Part shown: positions 1 to 9,980 of the stretch, in pieces
How the letters are laid out: each line of letters opens with the position of its first letter
Position numbering within the stretch: the first letter of the stretch is position 1
Source: a bacterium
GTDB lineage: Bacteria; Bacillota_I; Bacilli_A; RFN20; CAG-826
DNA: 64,000 nt
Assembly (NCBI GenBank): GCA_963643345.1
Contig: CAVIJK010000004.1
Coordinates: forward strand, 310-64,309
Direction of reading: 5' to 3'
The notes under the pieces: generated by a model
The model's database searches: none
Told to the model about the DNA's origin: nothing
What the model saw: only the letters and a program-made list of their open reading frames with translations
Program-made: the position numbers and the translations under genes

Positions 1-215
1 ACGCGATTGAATTCGGACATGTTCTTGCGTGACTAGCGTGAAGAGAGAGGCCCAGGGGATGGAAAGGGCTGACGAATAGATGCAAGGGTCTCACCGAATG
101 AGCGGTTGGGTGAAATCGGAAGAAAGTAATACCAAACGGGTAAGCCCGTAATAGCTAAAAGAGGGTCACACATAAGTGATAAACAAGAGTGGTACCACAG
201 GGATCTTAGACCTGT
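1..215 (+). promoter_or_regulatory. T-box leader, predicted Leu (CUC) specifier, controlling the liv-type ABC operon
   Basis: AGAGAG box at ~42-47. The stem I base ATTCGG (11-16) pairs with CCGAAT (94-99). CUC followed by A (90-93) sits directly 5' of that closing strand, as a specifier codon plus purine would. The conserved T-box sequence AGAGTGGTACCACAGG lies at ~186-202, with a U-rich tract before the SD of the next gene. Confidence 0.75.
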
Positions 216-260
216 CTCTTGACTACTAAGAGGAGTTATTTTCAAGGGGGAATCACAAAA

Positions 261-1433
261 ATGAAAACACTCAAACCATTTGCTGCTTCTGTCTTGGCCT
301 TCTCATCAGTAGCTCTACTCGCTGCTTGCGGCGGAAAGAATTACACGGCCAATAACAAAGCAATCATGATCGGAAACACCGGTCCTTTAACAGGCGCTTA
401 TGCCATTTACGGCACAGGCGTACAAAACGCTATTAACATGGCAGTAGAAGAAATCAATGCCGCTCAAGCAAAAAAAGATGGAGAAAATTTCACGTTCAGC
501 TATGTGGCAAAAGACGACCAGGCCGATGCTGAAATAGCAGCCCAGAACTTCAATACTCTTTATGAATCTGGCATGCAGGTTTCACTTGCCGGCGTCACTT
601 CAGGCGCATGCCTTGGGTTCGCAGGAGCCGACGAAGAGAACAACGTCTTCAAATTAACACCTTCTGCGACTGCTGATGCCGTTTATAAAGCTGGCGTCTA
701 CCAGATGTGCTTCTCCGATTCAGGTCAGGGAAAAGCTGCCGCTAAATACATCCAGGAAAACTATAAAGATAAGAAAGTTGGTGTCTTATATAACTCATCA
801 CAGGACTATTCAAAGGGAATCTACCAGAATTTTGTCTCGGTATTCGGTGAGGATAAGTTAACAGCAAAAGCTACATTTACAGATGACAACGCAGCAAGCT
901 TTGATGGACAAGTCTCAGCATTAAAGAACTGCGATCTTGTCTTCCTTCCAATCTATTACACACCAGCAACTACATTCATTAGAGCCGCCTATGGCCAACT
1001 CTCAAATGACGCTATTTACTTTGGCGCAGATGGACTTGATGGCATTGACGGTGTCGAAGGATTCAATGTAAACAGCTATCCACAAAGAATTTCAATGCTT
1101 TCACACTTCAATTCGGCGTCACAAGAAGAAGCTACAAAGAAATTCGTTACTGCATATAACGCAAAATACGATCCTGCATCCCTTAACCAGTTTGCAGCAT
1201 CAGCTTATGACTGTGTCTATGCTATATATGGTTTAATGGAACAGTATGAAGCAAAGGGAAATAAGATTTCTACAACTATCTCTGCAAAAGATTTGAACAC
1301 AATCTTAACTGGCGAAATTGCAAATTACACATTCAACGGTGTTACCGGCACCAACGTCAAATGGAACACAGATCATACAGTTGATAAAACTCCTATTGAG
1401 TATGTAATCAACAAAGATCGTGAATCTGCATAA
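261..1433 (+). CDS. livJ: Branched-chain amino acid ABC transporter substrate-binding lipoprotein (LivJ/LivK family)
   Basis: The ORF-track start (219) is TTG inside the T-box terminator. ATG 261 follows a GGGGG SD. Signal peptide with lipobox LLAAC-GG. Type I periplasmic-binding-protein-like sequence. First gene of a livHMGF-like operon. Confidence 0.85.
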   Translation: MKTLKPFAASVLAFSSVALLAACGGKNYTANNKAIMIGNTGPLTGAYAIYGTGVQNAINMAVEEINAAQAKKDGENFTFSYVAKDDQADAEIAAQNFNTLYESGMQVSLAGVTSGACLGFAGADEENNVFKLTPSATADAVYKAGVYQMCFSDSGQGKAAAKYIQENYKDKKVGVLYNSSQDYSKGIYQNFVSVFGEDKLTAKATFTDDNAASFDGQVSALKNCDLVFLPIYYTPATTFIRAAYGQLSNDAIYFGADGLDGIDGVEGFNVNSYPQRISMLSHFNSASQEEATKKFVTAYNAKYDPASLNQFAASAYDCVYAIYGLMEQYEAKGNKISTTISAKDLNTILTGEIANYTFNGVTGTNVKWNTDHTVDKTPIEYVINKDRESA

Positions 1434-1455
1434 TTTAAATAATTAATTATTTAGG

Positions 1456-1490
1456 AAGGTGACCCCAACCACGGTCACCTTTCTTCCGCT
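1456..1490 (+). terminator. Intra-operon hairpin or attenuator after the binding-protein gene
   Basis: AAGGTGACC (1456-1464) pairs with GGTCACCTT (1473-1481), then a T-rich tract. This arrangement is typical for giving excess binding-protein mRNA in ABC operons. Confidence 0.5.
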
Positions 1491-1517
1491 TTTAATAACT
1501 GGTTAGGAAGGATTAAT

Positions 1518-2381
1518 ATGCCTGAGTTTTTATCTCTTACATTGAGCGGGCTAGCATTAGGAGGCGTATATGCACTCATTGCGTTAGGCTATACGATGGT
1601 CTATGGTATCGCCAAGATGCTTAACTTCGCCCATGGTGACATCATCATGGTCGGCGCATACTCAATTTTAGTCACGTTCATGACATGCGGAATGCCGGTT
1701 TGGGTCTGCATAATCATAGCAATTATATTCTGTACAATTCTCGGAATAATAATTGAAAAAGTGGCTTATAAACCTCTTAGAGGAGCCTCTCCACTCGCAA
1801 TTCTTATCACCGCAATCGGTGTTTCTTACTTAATGGAGTCAATCGTTTATTTAATATTCGGCTCAGCTCCAAAAAATGTTGTCCTTTTTGAATCATTGCA
1901 GGGCAATCAAACCGCAACTGCACTTATCACATTAGGCGTTGCCATTGTAATTATGGTCGCTCTAGTCTTATTCATTGACTTCACAAAGATTGGAAAAGCA
2001 ATGCGCGCAGTATCAGAAGATAGGGGCGCAGCCCAATTAATGGGCATCAACGTAAACTTCGTTATCATGATCACGTTTGCTATCGGTAGTGCGCTTGCAG
2101 CAGTTGCCGCAATCTTCTGGCTGATGAAAACCCCGCTCGTGACATATACGATGGGTTCATTGCCTGGCATTAAAGCGTTCAGCGCTGCCGTTATCGGTGG
2201 CATTGGTTCAATCCCTGGGGCTATGATTGGGGGGATCCTCATGGGTCTCATCGAAACATATTGCGATGCCGTTCCTGGCCTATCAAGTTTCACTATGGCA
2301 ATCGAATTTGCAATCCTTGTCGTTATCCTCTTGGTTAGACCAAGCGGACTTTTAGGCAAGGCAAAAAGAGAGAAGGTATAA
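1518..2381 (+). CDS. livH: Branched-chain amino acid ABC transporter permease (LivH type)
   Basis: 287-aa polytopic membrane protein with LivH-like sequence, an SD GGAAGG upstream, and operon context. Confidence 0.9.
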   Translation: MPEFLSLTLSGLALGGVYALIALGYTMVYGIAKMLNFAHGDIIMVGAYSILVTFMTCGMPVWVCIIIAIIFCTILGIIIEKVAYKPLRGASPLAILITAIGVSYLMESIVYLIFGSAPKNVVLFESLQGNQTATALITLGVAIVIMVALVLFIDFTKIGKAMRAVSEDRGAAQLMGINVNFVIMITFAIGSALAAVAAIFWLMKTPLVTYTMGSLPGIKAFSAAVIGGIGSIPGAMIGGILMGLIETYCDAVPGLSSFTMAIEFAILVVILLVRPSGLLGKAKREKV

Positions 2382-2384
2382 GCT

Positions 2385-3626
2385 ATGGAACAAACGAAAA
2401 AAAGAACCTACTTCTCTTATTTTAAAAAAGGCTTAACCATCAGAAACTATTGGATGTACGCGTGTTTTACTACATTCATCATTGTAGGGATAATCCTTTC
2501 GACGTTAAACGCGCCTAAGAGCTCAACATACCAATTATTTGAGCAAATCGGCTACACAATTATCGCAGTTATTTCCCTTTCCTTGGTCGTAGGATTCCTA
2601 GGAGAATTGTCGCTAGGACACGCTGGGTTCATGTCAATCGGCGCATTTACCGGAATGTTCTTCCAGCAGGTTGCACTCAATTCATTGGCATCTAAAGACG
2701 GATTCCCTGCCGTGGTTGCGTTATTGATATCAATGCTTGTGGGCGGATCAATTGCAGCGGTATTCGGATTCATCATTGCCTTACCGGCGTTAAGACTAAA
2801 AGGAGACTACCTTGCCATCGTCACCTTAGCATTTGGCGAAATCGTTAAGATCGTCTTCCAAAATATAGATATCCAATCAATCACCAATTCAAAAGGATCG
2901 CCGGTTTGGTCAACAACAGGTGTTATTCATGATTTCCGTTTCAATTCGCATTGGCTCTATATCATAATATTCGCGGTAGCATTGCTATTCATTGTAATGA
3001 TTAGGAACTTGCTTAAATCCCCGCATGGTAGAAATATTATGGCAATTCGCGACAATGAAATCGCAGCAAAAGCAATGGGCGTCAATGTCACATTCTACAA
3101 AATATTCGTATTTGTCTTCTCTGCCTTTATTGCGGGCGTAGCGGGCGTTCTCTTTGGAGCATCACAATCCACTATCGCCGCTTCAAAGTTCGATTACAAC
3201 TATTCCATCAATAACATACTTGTTATCGTCGTCTTAGGCGGCATGGGCAACCTTGAAGGTTCGGTTATAGCCGCATTGGTTGTGGCTATCTTGAACAATA
3301 GACTGCAGTCAGTTCTTACCGGTGACCTCGCCTCATTAAAGAACATCATTTACGCCCTTATTCTTGTTCTTGTTGTTATTTATAACAATGCATCATTTAC
3401 TAAAACATTCCGCGAGAAGTACAACTTTAGAGTCTTATGGAACTTCATCAAGAAGAAGATTAGCAAACCTAAAGACCCGGCCGATCCGGAAAAAGATAAA
3501 GATGATCCATCTTATAGCGCAGACTGGTCCAAGATTCCTTCCAAGATTCCTATGGACGCAATTGTGTCTACAGATGTGATTCCTGAACCAGAAGATAATC
3601 AAGCAACGATGGAGGAGGAAAAATAA
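2385..3626 (+). CDS. livM: Branched-chain amino acid ABC transporter permease (LivM type) with an acidic/Pro-rich C-terminal tail
   Basis: 413 aa. Polytopic LivM-like core followed by a ~70-aa hydrophilic tail (KPKDPADPEKDKDDPSYSADW...PEPEDNQATMEEEK). Starts 4 nt after livH. Confidence 0.9.
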   Translation: MEQTKKRTYFSYFKKGLTIRNYWMYACFTTFIIVGIILSTLNAPKSSTYQLFEQIGYTIIAVISLSLVVGFLGELSLGHAGFMSIGAFTGMFFQQVALNSLASKDGFPAVVALLISMLVGGSIAAVFGFIIALPALRLKGDYLAIVTLAFGEIVKIVFQNIDIQSITNSKGSPVWSTTGVIHDFRFNSHWLYIIIFAVALLFIVMIRNLLKSPHGRNIMAIRDNEIAAKAMGVNVTFYKIFVFVFSAFIAGVAGVLFGASQSTIAASKFDYNYSINNILVIVVLGGMGNLEGSVIAALVVAILNNRLQSVLTGDLASLKNIIYALILVLVVIYNNASFTKTFREKYNFRVLWNFIKKKISKPKDPADPEKDKDDPSYSADWSKIPSKIPMDAIVSTDVIPEPEDNQATMEEEK

Positions 3627-3627
3627 T

Positions 3628-4425
3628 ATGGCAGAACCAGTATTAAAAACAGAAAATCTCTCCATTCAGTTTGGGGGGTTAAAAGCTGTCCAGAACTTCA
3701 ACATCGAGGTCAAGAAAAACGAAATCTACGGTTTAATTGGTCCTAATGGCGCCGGTAAAACCACAGTGTTCAACATCATCACAGGTGTTTATAAGCCTAC
3801 ATCAGGCAAGGTCTATCTTTGTGGGCAAGATGTCACAGGGTTGAAGCAAAAGGATGTGGCTAGAGCAGGCATTTCCCGTACATTCCAGAACATCAGGCTC
3901 TTCAACAACATGTCAGTTATTCATAATGTCATGGTGTCAATGTCCTCTAGACCTGAATACAAGGTCAATCTATTCCAGTCTTTCTTCCACACGAAGCACT
4001 ACTTCGACAACGAAAAGAAGATGAGAGACGAAGCGAAGGAATTGTTAAAAGTTTTCGGACTTTACGATTTGAGAAAAGAATTGGCCTCTTCCCTTCCTTA
4101 TGGAAAACAAAGGAAACTGGAAATCGCTAGAGCCTTAGCAACCAAACCGAAACTTCTCTTCTTGGATGAGCCTGCTGCAGGAATGAATCCAGAAGAGACC
4201 CAAGAATTGATGGATACAATCAAATTGGTCCGCGACAAATTCGACATGACAATCCTTTTGATTGAACATGATATGAAACTTGTCTCAGGCATCTGCGAGG
4301 AAGTTACTGTCTTAAGCTTTGGGCAGACCCTCACATCTGGAAACACCATGGAAGCCTTATCCAATCCAGAGGTTATCAAAGCGTATTTAGGAGATGACGA
4401 TGATGGCAATACTGGAAGTAAATAA
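3628..4425 (+). CDS. livG: Branched-chain amino acid ABC transporter ATP-binding protein (LivG type)
   Basis: Walker A GPNGAGKTT, signature-like LPYGKQRKLEIARAL, Walker B LLFLDEPAAGM. Confidence 0.92.
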   Translation: MAEPVLKTENLSIQFGGLKAVQNFNIEVKKNEIYGLIGPNGAGKTTVFNIITGVYKPTSGKVYLCGQDVTGLKQKDVARAGISRTFQNIRLFNNMSVIHNVMVSMSSRPEYKVNLFQSFFHTKHYFDNEKKMRDEAKELLKVFGLYDLRKELASSLPYGKQRKLEIARALATKPKLLFLDEPAAGMNPEETQELMDTIKLVRDKFDMTILLIEHDMKLVSGICEEVTVLSFGQTLTSGNTMEALSNPEVIKAYLGDDDDGNTGSK

Positions 4426-5155
4426 TTTACATGTCAGTTATGGCATGATCAAAGCCGTAAAAGGCATCAGCTTTGAGGTAAATGAAGGTGAAATCGTCGC
4501 CTTAATCGGTGCTAATGGGGCCGGCAAGACAACAACGATTCATGCGATTTCCGGCCTTTTAAAGACTAAAGAAGGTTCTATTAAACTAACGGTCAATAAG
4601 AAAGATAAAAAGACCGGAGAGGAAAAAACCGAACAGGTCGATTTAACAAAAACCTCCGCTAATAAAATCGTCTACCTGGGCTTAAGCCAGGTCCCAGAGG
4701 GACGTCATGTCTTCTCAGAATTAAGCGTTAAGGACAATCTCCTTATGGGAGCGTATTCTAGAAACAGCAAGAAAGAGATTGAAAGCACACTCAAACACGT
4801 CTATGAGAAATTCCCGATTCTCTTAGAAAGATCCAAACAAACCGCAGGAACCTTATCAGGCGGGGAACAGCAAATGCTCGCTGTTGGACGCGCGATGATG
4901 GCACATCCGAAAGTGTTGCTCCTCGATGAGCCATCCATGGGTCTTTCCCCTTTGTATGTTGACATCATCTTCAAAACAATTAAGGAAATCAATAAAGAAG
5001 GCACAACGATTGTCCTCGTTGAGCAAAATGCCAAAAAAGCCTTATCTATTGCTGATAGAGCTTATGTTATCGAAACCGGAGTAATCACAAAAACCGGTAC
5101 AGGTAAAGAATTGCTTGAAGACGAAGACGTTAGAAAAGCTTATCTTGGAGCATAA
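4400..5155 (+). CDS. livF: Branched-chain amino acid ABC transporter ATP-binding protein (LivF type)
   Basis: Walker A GANGAGKTT, signature LSGGEQQML, Walker B LLLDEPSMG. AGGAG at 4389-4393 favours ATG 4400 or 4403 over the ORF-track start 4394. Carries a ~20-aa Lys/Glu-rich insertion (TVNKKDKKTGEEKTEQVDL). Confidence 0.9.
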   Translation: MMAILEVNNLHVSYGMIKAVKGISFEVNEGEIVALIGANGAGKTTTIHAISGLLKTKEGSIKLTVNKKDKKTGEEKTEQVDLTKTSANKIVYLGLSQVPEGRHVFSELSVKDNLLMGAYSRNSKKEIESTLKHVYEKFPILLERSKQTAGTLSGGEQQMLAVGRAMMAHPKVLLLDEPSMGLSPLYVDIIFKTIKEINKEGTTIVLVEQNAKKALSIADRAYVIETGVITKTGTGKELLEDEDVRKAYLGA

Positions 5156-5190
5156 AAAAACACCACCTATCTTTCGTGGGTGGTGTTTTT
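5154..5190. terminator. Bidirectional rho-independent terminator between livF and pflA
   Basis: A7, then CACCACCTA...TGGGTGGTG (5161-5185), then T5. It can terminate transcripts from both convergent operons. Confidence 0.8.
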
Positions 5191-5191
5191 G

Positions 5192-5944
5192 TTACTTTAG
5201 ATATCCTTGATAATCTTTAACGTTAAGAATCGTTTCGGCTTTATCAATTAATTCCTGGTCAGGAGATACGACATCTCTTAGCTTATAGGGAATCCCATAT
5301 TTTTCATATTTGGCTAAAGCAAACGAATGATAAGGCAAAACTTCAAATCTTTGAACATTGTGAAGAGTCTTCACGAATTCATTTGTCTTCTTGAGTAGTT
5401 CCTCATCATCTGTATACCCAGGAACAAGAACGTACCTAATCCAAATAGGAAAGTTAGAGTCATCAAGATACTTGAACATCTCCAAACCGTTTTTTGAGGT
5501 ATGCCCGGTGATCTTTAAATGCGTTTCCTCATCAACCCCTTTGATATCAAGAAGGAATAGATCAATGTATTTGAGAAGTTCCTTAAATTTTGAGAAGAAT
5601 GGCTCTTCCTTTGTAAAAGGACCACCAGAGGTATCGATGGCTATGGTATAGCCCTTTGCTTTTGCCTCTTTTGCGAATTCGAGAACGAAATCAATCTGAG
5701 ACAAAGGCTCTCCACCTGAGATGGTGATTCCGCCGTGATCTCTCCAATACATCGAGTATCTACTGAGCATTTTTAAGGCATCTGAGGGAGAAATGGCATT
5801 GTCTTTAGTAAATTTCCATGTCTCCGGATTATGACAGTATAAACACCTAAAAGGACATCCTTGCAAAAAGAGGACGGACCTGACACCAGGACCGTCCACT
5901 AAGGCAAATGATTCTATTGAATTGTAATATCCAACAGATGCCAT
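5192..5944 (-). CDS. pflA: Pyruvate formate-lyase activating enzyme (glycyl-radical activase, radical SAM)
   Basis: CPFRCLYCHNP radical-SAM cluster motif and activase-like sequence. The ORF-track start 6112 lies inside pflB. ATG 5944 (MASVGYYNSIE...) is 4 nt after the pflB stop. Confidence 0.92.
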   Translation of the reverse strand: MASVGYYNSIESFALVDGPGVRSVLFLQGCPFRCLYCHNPETWKFTKDNAISPSDALKMLSRYSMYWRDHGGITISGGEPLSQIDFVLEFAKEAKAKGYTIAIDTSGGPFTKEEPFFSKFKELLKYIDLFLLDIKGVDEETHLKITGHTSKNGLEMFKYLDDSNFPIWIRYVLVPGYTDDEELLKKTNEFVKTLHNVQRFEVLPYHSFALAKYEKYGIPYKLRDVVSPDQELIDKAETILNVKDYQGYLK

Positions 5945-5948
5945 TCGA

Positions 5949-8207
5949 TTATAACCTCTCGTGGCAAGTTCTTGCGATGACGTCAAGCTGTTGCTCTCTT
6001 GTGAGATCGATGAACTTGACTGCATAGCCAGAAACACGGATTGTGAAGTTAGCGTATTCTTCTTTTTCTGGGTGCTCCATTGCGTCGATGAGCTTCTCTT
6101 TACCGAAGACATTGACGTTTAAGTGGTGTGCGCCCTGATCGAAATAGCCGTCTAAGACCTGAGCAAGGTTGACCTTTCTCTCGTCATCGTTGTGACCCAA
6201 TGCATCTGGGTTAATTGTCTGAGTGTTCGAGATTCCATCGAGTGCGTACTCATAAGGAAGTTTGGCAACGGAGTTAAGTGAAGCGAGTAAGCCGTTCTTT
6301 TCAGCGCCGTATGCTGGGTTAGCACCTGGGGAAAGTGGCTCGCCTTTCTTTCTTCCATCAGGAAGCGAACCTGTAGCTTTACCATAGACAACGTTGGATG
6401 TGATTGTAAGAATGGAGGTTGAAGGTTCGGAGTTTCTGTATGTGTGATGTCTTGAGATCTTTCTCATGAAAGTCTTTAAGAGCCAAACTGCAATCTTATC
6501 AGCTCTTTCATCATCATTTCCGTAGCGAGGGAAGTCTCCGTCAATTTCGAAGTCGACAACTACACCCTGCTCATCTCTGACGCATTTGACTTTAGCAAAT
6601 TTGATAGCGCATAAGGAGTCGACAACATGTGAGAATCCTGCAATACCAGTTGCGAATGAACGTCTGACGTTTGTATCGATGAGAGCCATTTCAGCTGCTT
6701 CATAGTAATACTTATCGTGCATATAGTGGATAGCATTCAATGTGTTCACATAGATTTCTGCTAACCATTCCATCATCTGGGAATACTTTGGTAAAACCTT
6801 ATCGATATCGAGGTATTCATCGGTGATAGGTGCATAAGATGGGCCGACCTGCTGGTGAGTGATTTCATCAACGCCGCCATTGATTGCGTAAAGTAAGCAT
6901 TTTGCAAGATTTGCTCTAGCGCCGAAGAACTGCATCTCTTTGCCGGTCTGTGTTGCGGAAACGCAGCAGCAGATTGCATAGTCATCGGTCCAGATTGGAC
7001 GCATGACGCAATCGTTTTCATACTGAACAGATGAAGTCTTGACTGAGATTAATGTTGCGTATTTCTTGAAGTTCTCTGGAAGTCTTGATGACCAAAGGAC
7101 TGTCATGTTAGGCTCTGGTGCTGGACCCATATTCTCGAGTGTATGTAAGAAACGGAAGTCATTCTTTGTGACAAGGGTTCTACCGTCTGATCCCATACCA
7201 GCAAGATTTAAGGTTGCCCAAACTGGGTCGCCTGAGAATAACTGATTATATGAAGGGATACGTGCGAATTTGACCATTCTGAACTTCATGACCATGTGGT
7301 CGACGAGTTCCTGGGCATCACTTTCGGTGATTAAGCCTTTTTCTAAGTCTCTCTCAATATAGCAATCGAGGAATGTTGAGATACGGCCAACTGACATAGC
7401 AGCACCGTTCTGAGTCTTGATAGCAGCTAAATATCCGAAATATAACCACTGGAATGCTTCACGAGCGTTTTCAGCTGGTCTGGAGATATCAAATCCATAA
7501 ACTGCAGCCATTTCCTTCATGCCCTTAAGAGCGCGAATCTGTTCGGAAACTTCTTCTCTTAATCTGACGACGTCTTCTGACATCTCACGAAGTCCGATAT
7601 GAGCTAAATCAACTTTCTTTTGGTCGATGATGTTGTCGATACCGTAAAGTGCGATTCTACGATAGTCACCAACAATTCTTCCTCTACCATATGTATCTGG
7701 AAGACCTGTGATGATCTTATTGTGACGGCATCTTAACATTTCATCTGTATAAACATCGAAGACTCCGTCATTGTGGGTCTTATGATACTTTGTGAAGATC
7801 TCCATGATTTTTGGAGATGGTGTATATCCGTATGTTGTGCAAGCCTGAGCAGCCATCTTGATGCCACCATAAGGCATGAAGGCTCTCTTTAAAGGCTTAT
7901 CTGTCTGAAGACCAACGACTTTCTCCAAATCCTTTGTGTCTTCTGAAATATACCCTGGACCATATGCGGTGAGTCCTGAGACAACTTCTGTCTCCATATC
8001 GAGAACTCCGCCTTTTGCTCTTTCTTCTTTCTGGAGAGCGCTTAATTTGCCCCAAAGAATTTTTGTTGCTTCTGTTGGGCCAGTTAAGAATGATTCATCA
8101 CCGGTATATGGGTGATAGTTGTCTTGAATGAATTCGCGAACGTCAATTTCGTCCTGCCAAGCAATGCCTTTAAATCCATCCCAAGCTGTTTCTGGTTTTT
8201 TAATCAT
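5949..8207 (-). CDS. pflB: Pyruvate formate-lyase (formate C-acetyltransferase)
   Basis: 752 aa. Glycyl-radical motif RVSGYAV near the C-terminus, active-site Cys pair within AICCCVS, and high overall PFL likeness. Confidence 0.97.
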   Translation of the reverse strand: MIKKPETAWDGFKGIAWQDEIDVREFIQDNYHPYTGDESFLTGPTEATKILWGKLSALQKEERAKGGVLDMETEVVSGLTAYGPGYISEDTKDLEKVVGLQTDKPLKRAFMPYGGIKMAAQACTTYGYTPSPKIMEIFTKYHKTHNDGVFDVYTDEMLRCRHNKIITGLPDTYGRGRIVGDYRRIALYGIDNIIDQKKVDLAHIGLREMSEDVVRLREEVSEQIRALKGMKEMAAVYGFDISRPAENAREAFQWLYFGYLAAIKTQNGAAMSVGRISTFLDCYIERDLEKGLITESDAQELVDHMVMKFRMVKFARIPSYNQLFSGDPVWATLNLAGMGSDGRTLVTKNDFRFLHTLENMGPAPEPNMTVLWSSRLPENFKKYATLISVKTSSVQYENDCVMRPIWTDDYAICCCVSATQTGKEMQFFGARANLAKCLLYAINGGVDEITHQQVGPSYAPITDEYLDIDKVLPKYSQMMEWLAEIYVNTLNAIHYMHDKYYYEAAEMALIDTNVRRSFATGIAGFSHVVDSLCAIKFAKVKCVRDEQGVVVDFEIDGDFPRYGNDDERADKIAVWLLKTFMRKISRHHTYRNSEPSTSILTITSNVVYGKATGSLPDGRKKGEPLSPGANPAYGAEKNGLLASLNSVAKLPYEYALDGISNTQTINPDALGHNDDERKVNLAQVLDGYFDQGAHHLNVNVFGKEKLIDAMEHPEKEEYANFTIRVSGYAVKFIDLTREQQLDVIARTCHERL

Positions 8208-8471
8208 GCTAGTTACCTTTCAATAAATGGACAACATTTTGTTGTTATCGGGATTATTAAACCACAATAACTAGGTAGTAGGAAAGCAAAACGCTTACAA
8301 TTGCATGAATTGTTATGAATTACTCGCAAATTGCCCTATATATTTCCAATAAACCTTGGAAATTAAAAATATCCGAAATGTGATATAAAAAAACGTCTCT
8401 ACACCACTCATCCAGCAAAATGGGATTTAAATATTCGTCATTCTTAAGTAAAATTTTCCAGGAGATTTTTT

Positions 8472-9980
8472 ATGGTCATTGCTTTAACTGGGTCTACAGG
8501 ATCCATGGGCAAGGAGACTTTAACGTCCTTGTCTGAGTTGAATGAAACGGTTCGCATTTTAATCAGGGATACTAAGAAGAACAGAAGATATGCCAAAAGA
8601 GCCAAGAAATTATTCGGTGGTCGATTGGAGGTCTTTTTTGGTGACATCATAAACTATGACGATTGTGTCGAATTCACAAAAAATGTTGATTATCTCTTAC
8701 ATTTAGCCGCGATTATACCGCCGAAAGCAGACCACGACGAAGAAAACACAATCGCCACAAACTACAATGGTACGAAAAATTTGGTCGATGCCGTCATTGC
8801 CAACGGCAACACCGCCAAATTCATTCACATATCCACCATCGCTCTATATGGCAATAGAAACGAGAAACACCCATACGGCAGAGTTGGCGATCCTCTTTTG
8901 GTGTCCGCATTCGATGTGTATGGCGCTTCAAAATTATACGGGGAGCGTTATTTGCTTGAATCAGGTTTGAAGAATTGGGCAGTTTTAAGACAAACAGGAA
9001 TCCTTTACGACAATCTCCTCATGAACAACATCAGCGATGGACTTATGTTTCATACCCCATGGAATGACCCTATCGAATGGGTAACCGCGAAAGATTCGGG
9101 AATCTTGATGAAAAACATAATCAAAAAAGACTCAGCAAATGAATGCCAAGCATTTTGGAAACGCGTTTATAACATCGGAGGTGGCGAGAAATGCCGCACT
9201 ACCGGATATGAAACATTTGATGATGGCTTCAAACTGATAGGCGGTTCAGTCAAAAAATTCTTTGAACCGCAATGGAATGCATATCAGAACTTTCATTGTT
9301 TCTGGTACGCTGATTCCGACATCCTTGAGAATATGTTTCATTTCAGAACGCAAGGATGCGAAGATTTTTGGAGTTGGTTTGCATCTAGACATAGAATTTA
9401 TTGGGCGGGGAGAATCGTTCCACCTTCGTTGTTAAGAGCAGCGATAATCAAACCACTTTTAAAGAATAACAATGCGCCGATGTACTGGAAAAATAACAAT
9501 CTTACCGCTAGAACATACGCAATTTGGGGCAAAAAAGATATCTCCAGTAAATGGGAAGATTTTGATTTGCTCTCAGAAAGAGGAAACTATCAGGAAATCA
9601 AGAAATGGAAAAAGGAGTATGACCTTGACCACGGATATGACGAAACCAAAGCCGACAGCGAGTTAGATATTGATGACATGAAACAAGCAGCAAATTTCCG
9701 CGGAGGAGAATGTTTATCCGAATCCATGGTTAAAGGTGACCTCTATACGAAGATCAAATGGAAATGCCACGATGGACACGAATTCATGTCTAGCCCATAT
9801 ACGATTTTAAAGGCAGGCCATTGGTGTCCGGAATGTTCCATGCCAAAAAAGAAATGGCAATTTGATAGATTGGCCAAAACGAACCCGTTCTTTGCACAGG
9901 TTTGGTATGATACCCACGATAAGGATGAGGAAATCACTTACGAAATAACAGAAAACGGCCCGGTAATGGAAAAGAAATAA
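8472..9980 (+). CDS. Extended SDR (NAD-dependent epimerase/dehydratase family) with a ~170-aa C-terminal extension ending in a zinc-ribbon-like module
   Basis: N-terminal Rossmann motif LTGSTGSMG and catalytic YGASK (YxxxK). C-terminal KWKCHDGHEF...GHWCPEC resembles a treble-clef/Zn-ribbon (DUF4379-like). Confidence 0.8.
   Translation: MVIALTGSTGSMGKETLTSLSELNETVRILIRDTKKNRRYAKRAKKLFGGRLEVFFGDIINYDDCVEFTKNVDYLLHLAAIIPPKADHDEENTIATNYNGTKNLVDAVIANGNTAKFIHISTIALYGNRNEKHPYGRVGDPLLVSAFDVYGASKLYGERYLLESGLKNWAVLRQTGILYDNLLMNNISDGLMFHTPWNDPIEWVTAKDSGILMKNIIKKDSANECQAFWKRVYNIGGGEKCRTTGYETFDDGFKLIGGSVKKFFEPQWNAYQNFHCFWYADSDILENMFHFRTQGCEDFWSWFASRHRIYWAGRIVPPSLLRAAIIKPLLKNNNAPMYWKNNNLTARTYAIWGKKDISSKWEDFDLLSERGNYQEIKKWKKEYDLDHGYDETKADSELDIDDMKQAANFRGGECLSESMVKGDLYTKIKWKCHDGHEFMSSPYTILKAGHWCPECSMPKKKWQFDRLAKTNPFFAQVWYDTHDKDEEITYEITENGPVMEKK

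Noticed and set aside
1907-2359. Long antisense or alternative-frame ORFs inside well-supported genes: 1907-2359, 10313-10780, 12679-13092, 15000-15458, 17354-17767, 22574-23014, 28066-28461, 30577-31173, 39749-40234, 40715-41077, 44728-45018, 57126-57533 and 59603-60091.
   Set aside because: Each is fully embedded in, or opposite to, a CDS with strong family motifs. They lack SDs and have odd composition (Ser/Pro/Ile-rich mirror-frame artefacts).
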